Positions 39,459 through 48,007 of a stretch of DNA of 55,540 bases are shown here, one piece after another. The translations under genes were made by a program, and so were the position numbers. The stretch lies in the NCBI GenBank assembly GCA_038327205.1, contig JBBQKT010000001.1, forward strand, positions 1 through 55,540, given 5' to 3'. Source of the stretch: Burkholderiales bacterium. Lineage in GTDB: Bacteria > Pseudomonadota > Gammaproteobacteria > Burkholderiales > Burkholderiaceae_C. The notes below the pieces were generated by a model. The model ran no database searches. It worked only from the letters and a program-made list of their open reading frames with translations, and was not told the origin of the DNA. Position 1 is the first letter of the stretch, and every line of letters begins with the position of its first letter.

Positions 39459-40396
39459 GTCATTGCGCCTCGTTGGCTGGGATTTCGGGAAAGATTTACC
39501 GAATCGGCCAGTGCGAGCGGTTTTGACAGTGGAGAGGCGCGTGGCCTGAAGCGCATTGGGGATCGTCGGCAGGTCTACCGATGTTGCCGGCGTTGCCAGA
39601 ATGACCCGCATGAGACTGAGGCACCCATGCATCGTCGACCTGGGGCTGAGCCGAAAAGCCCTCACCGGCAAGCGTTGCAAATGGAAACGGCAGGGGCAGT
39701 CCAAAGTCGGCGGCGTGGTTCAGTGCGGCGACGGCGCCAACACGATGGACGTCCGATCTGTTGGTCAACGCAGCGATCGAACCATGCTTTGCGCCGGGGA
39801 ACGAGCGCGTCAATTGCGCCTCGAAATCTTCAACTTCATCTCGCTGATGCAGTGACGGCGACGTCGTCATCGACTGTCCCAGCATCTGATCCGCGCTGCA
39901 CTCGGATAGGCCTTGCCCCGCTGCGTTCGAGCGCATGAAAGCTTGCCGTTGCCAGGTGATTCAAGGCTTCGCACTGCCGAGCGCCGTATCTGCGTCGCTC
40001 TCGGTGGACGCCCCATAGGCTTCCGGGGTGAATGCACCTTCGCAAAATAATAAGACGAGGTTCTGTCCGACATTTCGGCGGCGGTTTGAGCATGTCCAGC
40101 GCATGACCAATCGGCTAACCTTGCCGCCATAAATATGAGCAGGTCTCAGCCTCGCAGGCCACTGAATATTCGCGGCGTCACTTGGCAGTGATATTGAGAT
40201 TCACGACTGGCATTTGCGGGTGTGGCTGAAGTACACAAGCGCAAGCGCCCGACTACCCATCAACACCCATGCAAAATTTTCTGTTCAGTTGTCCGGCTGA
40301 CTCTGTTCCCTGCCGACGGGGTTGGATTTGCTGCACACGCAGGCGCTCATGAAGAGTGCCCGGTATCCCAACCGTTCTGACGAAAGTGCGCATTTG

Positions 40397-41872
40397 ATGA
40401 ATACAAAGATAGAGCGGTCGCGCACTGGAGTCGCAGGCTTGGACGAGGTCTTGCAAGGCGGCCTGATCTCTGGGCGCTTGTATCTTTTGGACGGAAATCC
40501 TGGTGCTGGAAAGACCACGCTTGCGCTGCAATTTCTTCTTGAAGGCGTGAACGCCGGCGAATCCTGCCTGTACGTCACCTTGTCAGAAACACGGGAAGAA
40601 CTGCTGCAGGGTGCGGGGTCGCATGGCTGGTCATTGGCAGGCATTGAAATCGTTGAGCTGATAGCGGACGAGAAGGGACTGGACGGCCAAGCAGAGCTCA
40701 CCATGTTCCACCACGCCGAGGTGGAACTCACCGAGACGACTCGCAAAGTGCTCGATGCCATCGACAGGGTGCGCCCTGTCCGTATGGTTCTCGATTCTTT
40801 GTCGGAGCTTCGTCTGCTGGCACAAAGTTCATTGCGCTATCGCCGCCAGATTTTGGCGCTGAAGCAATTCTTTATCGGCCGAGGCTGCACGGTTTTGCTG
40901 CTGGATGACCGGACTGCGGAAGGCCCTGACTTCCAACTGCAAAGCATTGCCCATGGTGTCATTTCGCTCAACCATCGTGCGCCGGCTTACGGTAGAACGC
41001 TGCGCCAACTGCAAATCGTCAAATTTCGAGGCAGTGACTTCCGCAGCGGCTTCCATGATTTCGCGATCCGCACTGGTGGCCTCAACGTATATCCCCGATT
41101 GAAGGCCGCCGAGCATGCAACCCCCTTTGAACGCAAGCCTCTCGCCAGTGGCGTCGCCGCCCTAGACAAGCTGCTCGGTGGCGGTGTGGATAGCGGCACG
41201 ACGACGCTGCTCACAGGTCCGCCCGGCTGTGGCAAATCAACGGTTGCGGTTCAGTACGCCACGGCAGCCGCTGAGCGAGGCGAGCATGCTGCGGTGTTTG
41301 CTTTCGACGAGTCGCGCGCCATTCTGTTGTCCCGCATGAGCGGTCTTGGAATTACCGTTCCGGAAGGCCGGGGCCCTGGCGAAGTGTCGATCCGCCAAAT
41401 AGACCCTGTTGAGATTACACCGGGAGAGTTTGTCTATTTGGTGCGCCGAGCGGTTGAGCAGGATAGAGCCCGGGTGATCATCATTGACAGCCTGAATGGT
41501 TACTTGAATTCAATGGCGGAAGACAGATTTCTGACCGCACAGCTTCACGAGTTGCTGGCCTACCTCAACAACCACGGGGTGGCGACGTTTTTGGTCGTCG
41601 CTCAAAGTGGCATGGTGGGGTCGAACATGCACACACCGGTCGACGCGAGCTACCTGGCCGATGCAGTCGTGGTGCTCCGTATGTATGAACATGCTGGCAA
41701 TGTGAAAAAAGCGATCTCCGTACTCAAGAAGCGCAGCGGTCCCCACGAAACTTCCATCCGCCAGATTTGGCTCGACGCCACAGGCATTCATTTGAGCGAG
41801 CCGCTGATGCAGCTTCGCGGCGTGCTCTCGGGCGTGCCTACCGACGTTGAAAGCGTCATCGTCCCCACGTAG
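40397..41872 (+). CDS. KaiC/GvpD/RAD55-family double-domain ATPase
   Basis: Two Walker A motifs (GNPGAGKT, GPPGCGKS), VLDSL/IIDSL, VKFRGS, KKRSG; start uncertain. Confidence 0.9.
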   Translation: MNTKIERSRTGVAGLDEVLQGGLISGRLYLLDGNPGAGKTTLALQFLLEGVNAGESCLYVTLSETREELLQGAGSHGWSLAGIEIVELIADEKGLDGQAELTMFHHAEVELTETTRKVLDAIDRVRPVRMVLDSLSELRLLAQSSLRYRRQILALKQFFIGRGCTVLLLDDRTAEGPDFQLQSIAHGVISLNHRAPAYGRTLRQLQIVKFRGSDFRSGFHDFAIRTGGLNVYPRLKAAEHATPFERKPLASGVAALDKLLGGGVDSGTTTLLTGPPGCGKSTVAVQYATAAAERGEHAAVFAFDESRAILLSRMSGLGITVPEGRGPGEVSIRQIDPVEITPGEFVYLVRRAVEQDRARVIIIDSLNGYLNSMAEDRFLTAQLHELLAYLNNHGVATFLVVAQSGMVGSNMHTPVDASYLADAVVVLRMYEHAGNVKKAISVLKKRSGPHETSIRQIWLDATGIHLSEPLMQLRGVLSGVPTDVESVIVPT

Positions 41873-41882
41873 TCATGCCGCC

Positions 41883-43451
41883 ATGAACGCTGACGCCACT
41901 GCTCACGAAACGCGCGTCTTGTTGGTCGCTCCGACCCACAGGGACGCACAGGTCACCCATTCATTACTGGAAACTTCTGGGGTCCATTGCATGATCTGTG
42001 CGGACTTGTCGAAACTCAGCCAAGAACTGAGGATCGGTGCCGGTGCTGTCATCCTCACGGACACGGCACTTTTCGATCCGGCGATAGCCCAGGTCCAAGC
42101 CGTACTCAAGCAACAGCCCGCGTGGTCAGATATCCCGACGGTGCTTTTGACTCGCGACCGCGAAGGGTCGCCGCAGTCATCACACGCTCTCGCAGCCTTG
42201 TCCAACGTGACACTGCTCGACCGTCCTGCCTCGACGCGCTCACTGGTCAGTGGCGTCAAGGCAGCCCTTCGGTCGCGCCTGCGGCAGTACGAAATTCGAG
42301 ATCAACTGATTCGACAAAAAAAGGCCGAAGAATTCCTGCGCAATGCTGACTCTCGCAAGGATGAATTTCTGGCCACGCTTGCGCACGAGCTCCGAAATCC
42401 CCTGGCCGCCATATTCAGCGGCGTGCAAGTTCTCAATCGCAGCGGCACAGCGGACGCACGGGCCGAACGGGTTGTGGGCATGATCGACCGGCAAAGTCGC
42501 GTGTTGGTCAAGTTGATCGACGAGCTGCTGGACGTGTCGCGCATCACGACAGGCAAAGTCTCGCTGGAACGAGAACGCCATGACTTTCGATCCGACATCG
42601 AAACTGCGCTCGAGACTGGCGAAACCCTGCTTGAAGCGGCTCAGCATCAGGTGCAGTTGGACCTGTCCGCCGGACCGGTGTGGGTGGTGGGCGACCGTTC
42701 CCGGTTGGCCCAGGTGGTCGGTAACCTGGTCAATAACGCCGTGAAATACACCCCTGATGGTGGGCGCATCAGCATCATCTTGAATGAAGAGGGCGGGCAA
42801 GCGGTCCTGCGTGTCGCTGACAATGGCGTCGGCATCCCGGCCGAAATGCAGTCGCAGGTGTTCGAAATGTTTACCCAAGTCAGTCGCACACTGAATCGCG
42901 CGCAGGGTGGTCTCGGGATCGGTCTGGGATTGGTGCGCAGTCTCGTGCAGTTGCACCATGGCACGGTGGAGGTTGAAAGCCCAGGCGTGGGTCTTGGCAG
43001 CACCTTTACGGTTCGGCTGCCCTTGGCCTCCCGGCCATTGAACGACGACTTGCAGGCGAGCAGTTCCTCAGCACACCAGAGGATCGTGCGCGAGCAGTTG
43101 CGCATCTTGGTGGTGGACGATAACCGGGATGTCGCCCAGACACTCACTGATTTGCTCCGCTCAGAGGGTCATCAAGTCCGCACCGCATACAGCGGTAGCG
43201 AAGCCTTGGTCGCTGCAGCCGAAGGCAAACCTAAAGTGATTTTTTGTGATGTTGGCATGCCAGGCATCGACGGTCATCAGCTCGCTGCTCTCATACGGGC
43301 TGACGTTCAACATGCTTCGGTCTTGCTGGTGGCCGTGACTGGTTGGGGTACCGACGAAGACAAGCGGCGCGCGCGCAGGGCTGGTTTTGATATGCACCTT
43401 ACCAAGCCCGTTACTTTTGACGATGTGACGAAAATTCTGTCGAAAATTTAA
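41883..43451 (+). CDS. cytoplasmic hybrid histidine kinase (pseudo-REC, HisKA, HATPase, REC)
   Basis: EFLATLAHELRNPL, NLVNNAVKYT, GGLGIGL, C-terminal REC. Confidence 0.92.
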   Translation: MNADATAHETRVLLVAPTHRDAQVTHSLLETSGVHCMICADLSKLSQELRIGAGAVILTDTALFDPAIAQVQAVLKQQPAWSDIPTVLLTRDREGSPQSSHALAALSNVTLLDRPASTRSLVSGVKAALRSRLRQYEIRDQLIRQKKAEEFLRNADSRKDEFLATLAHELRNPLAAIFSGVQVLNRSGTADARAERVVGMIDRQSRVLVKLIDELLDVSRITTGKVSLERERHDFRSDIETALETGETLLEAAQHQVQLDLSAGPVWVVGDRSRLAQVVGNLVNNAVKYTPDGGRISIILNEEGGQAVLRVADNGVGIPAEMQSQVFEMFTQVSRTLNRAQGGLGIGLGLVRSLVQLHHGTVEVESPGVGLGSTFTVRLPLASRPLNDDLQASSSSAHQRIVREQLRILVVDDNRDVAQTLTDLLRSEGHQVRTAYSGSEALVAAAEGKPKVIFCDVGMPGIDGHQLAALIRADVQHASVLLVAVTGWGTDEDKRRARRAGFDMHLTKPVTFDDVTKILSKI

Positions 43452-43494
43452 CCATCGCGGTGTGACATGCCTGAGCTCTGTGGCGGCATCTGGC

Positions 43495-43534
43495 CTTGTT
43501 CAGCCTTGTTCAGACTTGTTCAGACTTGTTCAGC
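43495..43534 (+). repeat. (CTTGTTCAGM)x4 10-bp tandem repeat
   Basis: Read directly; intergenic. Confidence 0.9.
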
Positions 43535-43791
43535 AGGGGCCGCGTACAGCCAGTTCATTGGAGCTCGATAAGACGAAATGCTGCGACCTGTAATTGGCAA
43601 CAAAAGGCGGCTCTCGACTGTGGCGGGAATAGGCCACCAGCCACAATCTTCGCGAGGCACTCAGCAAGGTTTGTGGGGTCTGCAAAATATGATGGACGTC
43701 ATCGGCTGGCTGCTTGCGCGATCAGGTGACAGCCATTCGAGTTGCTGAAAATTCTCGTGAATATCCAACTTGATCACCCTGGAGAAGTCTT

Positions 43792-44166
43792 ATGAGCGAA
43801 GCGCGCGTCATCGTGGTGGACGACTCGGTGGACACGGCGGAGGCCCTGGCCTGCCTGTTGACGCTGGATGGCTATGACGTGAGGACCGCCCACGATGGCG
43901 CGCAGGCTATCGCGCTGGTTGAATCTTTCGCGCCTCATGGCATCTTGTTCGACATCAATATGCCGGTCATGGATGGCAACGAGTTGTCAAAGCAGTTGCG
44001 CCAGCGTTTCGGCGACGACATCGTCTTGATCGCGATCACTGGCGAAGACGGATCCGACCAACGGGTAGCCGCAGCGTTTGGACGCGTCGACCACTATTTG
44101 CACAAGCCAATCGATCACAAGGACCTGAGACGGGTATTCCCGCCGCAGAACAGTGCAGGAGATTGA
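43792..44166 (+). CDS. stand-alone response regulator receiver
   Basis: VVDDS..LFDINMP..AITG..LHKP; GGAGAA RBS. Confidence 0.9.
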   Translation: MSEARVIVVDDSVDTAEALACLLTLDGYDVRTAHDGAQAIALVESFAPHGILFDINMPVMDGNELSKQLRQRFGDDIVLIAITGEDGSDQRVAAAFGRVDHYLHKPIDHKDLRRVFPPQNSAGD

Positions 44167-44169
44167 TCA

Positions 44170-45897
44170 ATGAGCCGACGTGGAAGTTGGTTTTTGAGCT
44201 TGTTCGCTGCCACCGCCGTCCTTGCAGCTATCGCAACGCTCTGGCTCGAAAAAACAGCACCCGGAAGTTTTTTGCCACACGGCTATTGCTTCACCTGGAA
44301 TCCGGCCTTGCTGTGGACGCACGTCGTCAGCGACTCGCTGATCGGCGCAGCCTATTTGTCGATTCCGATCACCCTGCTGCATTTGCGTCGCCAGCGTACC
44401 GATTTGCCGTTCAACTGGATCGTCGCGCTGTTCGCGGTGTTTATCTTGAGCTGCGGTGCCACGCATTGGATCGAGGTCTGGACCGTCTGGCATCCGGACT
44501 ACTGGCTGTCCGGCAACGTCAAGCTGATCACGGCCGTGGCTTCGGTGCTGACGGCGGCAGCCTTGATCCGCCTTGTGCCCCGCATATTGGCGATCCCCAC
44601 GGTCGAGCAATTGCAGGTCGCCAAGAATGCGTTGGAAGTGGAGGTGCTGAGCCGACGTCGCGCAGAAGAAGCCCTGTTGATCGAGCGAGCCGATCTGGAA
44701 CGCCGCGTTGAGGAGCGGACCGAGGAACTGGCCCGCGCCAAGTCCAAGGCGGAATCTGCCCATGCTGCTGCCGAAGAGGCCAACCGCGTGAAGGACCGAT
44801 TCCTGGCCAAGGTGTCGCACGAGCTTCGCACCCCCTTGCAGGCAACGATGGGCTGGGCGCAAGTGCTGCAGAACCCGGCACTGGGTGCCGACCGAATTGC
44901 CCATGCTGCCGACCGGATCGCGAACAATGTGCGGGCGCAGGCCCGACTGCTGGACGATCTGCTCGACGTGTCGCGAATCTTGAGCGGCAAGCTCAGCCTT
45001 GAATTTCAGCGGGTGGATGTTGTGGACATCTTGCGCAAAGCCGTGGACGTCGTGCGCGCAGGGCAAGCAAGCGAGGTGCGCGAAATCGACGTCACGTTGG
45101 CCGACGGCCCGATCTTTCTGTGGACCGACCCGGTCCGAGTCGAGCAAGTGCTGTGGAATCTTCTGAACAATGCCGCGCATGCCACGGCGCAGGGGGGCCG
45201 CATTGCAGTCGGGGTGGATGTCGAGGGCAAGCAGCTGAAGGTTGACATCCAAGATCAGGGCGAGGGCATCGATCCGTCGGACCTAGCGACGATTTTCGAG
45301 CCCTTCTGGCAAAGCACGCGCAATGCTCGGTCAAGCCGCGGTCTGGGGCTCGGCCTGGCAATCTCCAAGAGCATCGCCCAATTGATGGGCGGCGATCTGG
45401 GCGCTGCAAGCGCCGGTTTGGGGCTGGGCGCCACCTTCACCTTGCGTTTGCCAATGACGAACGAACCTGGTGATGAAGGCCCCGATGCCGAGCGAACGCT
45501 GAACGACGAGGAGCGGCGCCGGGTGAAGGGAGTCCGCATTCTGTATGTCGAAGACGACCTCGATATTGCGGCGAGCGTCGAGCAGGCGCTCGGTGAGCTC
45601 GGACTACAGGTTGAAACTTGCAGCGACTTTGCTCAGGCATTGCGGCGTGTCGGCGAGGGGGGCTTCGACCTCTTGCTGGCCGACTTGAACCTCGGCAACG
45701 GGCACACAGCCGTCGAGTTGCTGGCCGAACTGCGCCGCTTCCCGCATGGCAAGGAGCTTGTGGCACTGGTCCTGTCTGCCTATGGAGCTGATGAGCACCG
45801 GAAGACGACACTCGCTGCCGGTTTCACAGCCCACCTGGTGAAGCCGCTGAGTGCGGAGCGGCTGGTGCGGGCGATTATCAGTACGCTGCCGATATAG
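44170..45897 (+). CDS. hybrid histidine kinase with ETR1-type ethylene-binding TM domain
   Basis: SDSLIGAAYLSIP..FILSCGATH..KLITA; VSHELRTPL; GLGLGL; C-terminal REC. Confidence 0.85.
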   Translation: MSRRGSWFLSLFAATAVLAAIATLWLEKTAPGSFLPHGYCFTWNPALLWTHVVSDSLIGAAYLSIPITLLHLRRQRTDLPFNWIVALFAVFILSCGATHWIEVWTVWHPDYWLSGNVKLITAVASVLTAAALIRLVPRILAIPTVEQLQVAKNALEVEVLSRRRAEEALLIERADLERRVEERTEELARAKSKAESAHAAAEEANRVKDRFLAKVSHELRTPLQATMGWAQVLQNPALGADRIAHAADRIANNVRAQARLLDDLLDVSRILSGKLSLEFQRVDVVDILRKAVDVVRAGQASEVREIDVTLADGPIFLWTDPVRVEQVLWNLLNNAAHATAQGGRIAVGVDVEGKQLKVDIQDQGEGIDPSDLATIFEPFWQSTRNARSSRGLGLGLAISKSIAQLMGGDLGAASAGLGLGATFTLRLPMTNEPGDEGPDAERTLNDEERRRVKGVRILYVEDDLDIAASVEQALGELGLQVETCSDFAQALRRVGEGGFDLLLADLNLGNGHTAVELLAELRRFPHGKELVALVLSAYGADEHRKTTLAAGFTAHLVKPLSAERLVRAIISTLPI

Positions 45898-46015
45898 ACA
45901 GCACGGGCTCACTGCACTAAAAACCAAGGGGTTGCCGACCTACACTTTGGCGGCGTGGACCAAAATTCGAAGGCGCAGGCCGCGAGTCACGTTTTCGGTT
46001 CAGATGGGAGAACAG

Positions 46016-46399
46016 ATGCAAACACCGAAAAGGCAAGCAAGTTTGAAAATTGTGCTGGTGGAAGACAACTGGGACACCCGTACCACCCTGGTGGAGTTGG
46101 TGCGCGGCCTCGGACACAGCGTGGTCGACTTTGAAAACGCTGAGGATGGACTGGCTTATCTGGCGTCTGAAGAGGTCGATATTTTGGTGGCGGACTTGGG
46201 TCTGCCAGGCATGTCCGGTGAGTTGTTCGCCGTTGAGGCGCGCGTGCTGCAGCCCACGCTGAGGATTGTTTTCGCGACCGGCTCCGAGGCGTTCTCGTCG
46301 GTCGTGAATGACGGCACGAGCACCGTACTGCTTTGCAAACCGTTTGGCCTGAAAGAGCTTGAAGCCGCGCTGCTTGCCGTAGCGCCGCCAAGTCGCTAG
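46016..46399 (+). CDS. stand-alone response regulator receiver
   Basis: LVEDN..VADLGLP..FATG..CKPF; GGAGAA RBS. Confidence 0.88.
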   Translation: MQTPKRQASLKIVLVEDNWDTRTTLVELVRGLGHSVVDFENAEDGLAYLASEEVDILVADLGLPGMSGELFAVEARVLQPTLRIVFATGSEAFSSVVNDGTSTVLLCKPFGLKELEAALLAVAPPSR

Positions 46400-46518
46400 T
46401 TCTGCGGCTTCTCGGCCAACGCGGCCCTCAAATCCGAGTCACGTGGATCGGTTTGGCTCAGCGGTTTGGCGCTTGAATGACAAGCCCGGGCTGAGGAACC
46501 GAGGCCTTGTCGCCTTGC

Positions 46519-47094
46519 TCAGCGATTTCGGTGCCAAATGGCTGCAGTGAGAACGGTGGCGAATGCCACCCAAGCGGTGAACGGCACACCGGCTGCGGCC
46601 GACACACGATCTGTCTTGCCTGCCTCGCTGACATAGAGAACGCCGGTCCCTATCATGGCTGCAGCAGCGACGGTACTGGCCGGGAGGTTGCGCTTTCCGA
46701 AGAACAGTCGACTCCAGCCGCCGATGGCCGCGACATTGCCAGCCAACAGTGCCAGCGATGTGTTCCGCGCCGGGGTGGACGGCTTGCGCATCAGGCGGTA
46801 AGCCGCGACTGCCAGACCGCTTTCGATGAGCGTCCATGCAATGGGAATGGCAATGTCGGGCGGCTTGAACTTCGGCTGTCTCAGCAAGCGATACCAGAGA
46901 AAGATCCGTGGGTGATCTGACGTTGGGCTGGTAGATCGACTGAGTAAAAAGGGCAGGCCATAAGCCCCGGCTGCGAGCAAGGCCGCGAGTGGGCGGGACA
47001 GGCCGACCGTTGGGGATTCGCTCATTGCCGATGCAGTGGCCTGGTTTGCGACCGTTTGGGTTGAATGAACGCCTTGCAATGCCGTATTGCTCAT
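46519..47094 (-). CDS. tspO: TspO/MBR family membrane protein
   Basis: WY..L.QP.FKPP....PIAW, WSRLFFG, PFTAWVAFATVL. Confidence 0.85.
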   Translation of the reverse strand: MSNTALQGVHSTQTVANQATASAMSESPTVGLSRPLAALLAAGAYGLPFLLSRSTSPTSDHPRIFLWYRLLRQPKFKPPDIAIPIAWTLIESGLAVAAYRLMRKPSTPARNTSLALLAGNVAAIGGWSRLFFGKRNLPASTVAAAAMIGTGVLYVSEAGKTDRVSAAAGVPFTAWVAFATVLTAAIWHRNR

Positions 47095-47152
47095 GGTGTG
47101 TGCCTACCTGAATGACATCGATGCTGCGGCAATGCTGCCGGGTGAAACGTCA

Positions 47153-47566
47153 TCAGCCCGCTTTTTTAGCGTAAGCACTGCACCACCCCTTCGCGGACAC
47201 CTGCCGACCTGCAAACAGCGGGCAGGGGCCATTCACGTCGCCCGGCTTGCCGCCGAACAGCGCGCAGTTGTTGCAAGCGGAACCGGCCGCGTAGGTTTTG
47301 AACTTGGATTTGTCTGCGCGACTCGCATCGGCAACATAGCCCAGGCTGACCGCTGTGGGATCCGTCTCCTCGACCATCGGCATCGCGCCGCCGGTCGCGA
47401 CCTGTGTGGCTGCCGGTTCGGCAGGAGCAGCGGCTATCGAAGGGGGCTCTGCAGCAGGCATGGGCGCAGGCGGTGGAGTCGCGGCCTTGTCCGAACAGGC
47501 GACAAGCAGGCCGGCACCGGCTATCGGAAACATCTCAATGAAGCGGCGTCGTGTGGTCGTGGTCAT
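47153..47566 (-). CDS. high-potential iron-sulfur protein (HiPIP), Tat lipoprotein
   Basis: TTRRRF twin-Arg, LLVAC lipobox, Pro/Ala linker, CNNC..GPCPLF..GWC. Confidence 0.9.
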   Translation of the reverse strand: MTTTTRRRFIEMFPIAGAGLLVACSDKAATPPPAPMPAAEPPSIAAAPAEPAATQVATGGAMPMVEETDPTAVSLGYVADASRADKSKFKTYAAGSACNNCALFGGKPGDVNGPCPLFAGRQVSAKGWCSAYAKKAG

Positions 47567-47582
47567 GGTTTGGCTCCAAAAG

Positions 47583-47630
47583 GGCGGTTGTTTCAGGCGG
47601 TTATTTCAGGCGGTTATTTCAGGCGGTTGT
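47583..47630 (+). repeat. 13-bp tandem repeat GGCGGTTRTTTCA, about 3.7 copies
   Basis: Read directly; immediately upstream of the HiPIP RBS. Confidence 0.9.
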
Positions 47631-47686
47631 TGCATTCAGGGGGCCATGCGGGCATCCGCACAGCGCCCCAGAAAGCTCAATGTGAT

Positions 47687-47980
47687 TTACAGCGGTGTCG
47701 GCTCCGCCGTGTCATCGGTGGCAGCGCTGAACGTGCTGCTGATGGTCAGCGGCTCGCTGGTTTCATCGCCCGTGCCGAGCGACAGCAAGAAGGCGATCAG
47801 CGAAGAGACGCTGAGACCCGCGCTGTCGGGCACGGCCGTGATCGGTGGCACCACCACTGGCGGCACGATGACCGGCGCGTCGGTGGTGCTGCCGCCGCCG
47901 CAGGCGCTCAGCAGCGCGGCGGCACCGAGCAAGGCGGCAGCCGCAACCCCGCTGGCTGTTCTGGATCGAATGTGTTTCAT
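47687..47980 (-). CDS. small lipoprotein
   Basis: LLSACGGG lipobox; AGGAG RBS; downstream of the DUF4331 gene. Confidence 0.8.
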   Translation of the reverse strand: MKHIRSRTASGVAAAALLGAAALLSACGGGSTTDAPVIVPPVVVPPITAVPDSAGLSVSSLIAFLLSLGTGDETSEPLTISSTFSAATDDTAEPTPL

Positions 47981-48007
47981 CGAGGGCTCCTGTTCAACTC
48001 AAGGGGT

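Noticed and set aside
38254-39549. 431-aa + strand ORF
   Set aside because: Antisense shadow of glf
39496-39936. 146-aa minus-strand ORF upstream of glf
   Set aside because: No motifs, weak start, competing ORFs on both strands
43495-47630. Short repeats as a CRISPR array
   Set aside because: Units are 10-13 bp, directly adjacent, with no spacers and no cas genes
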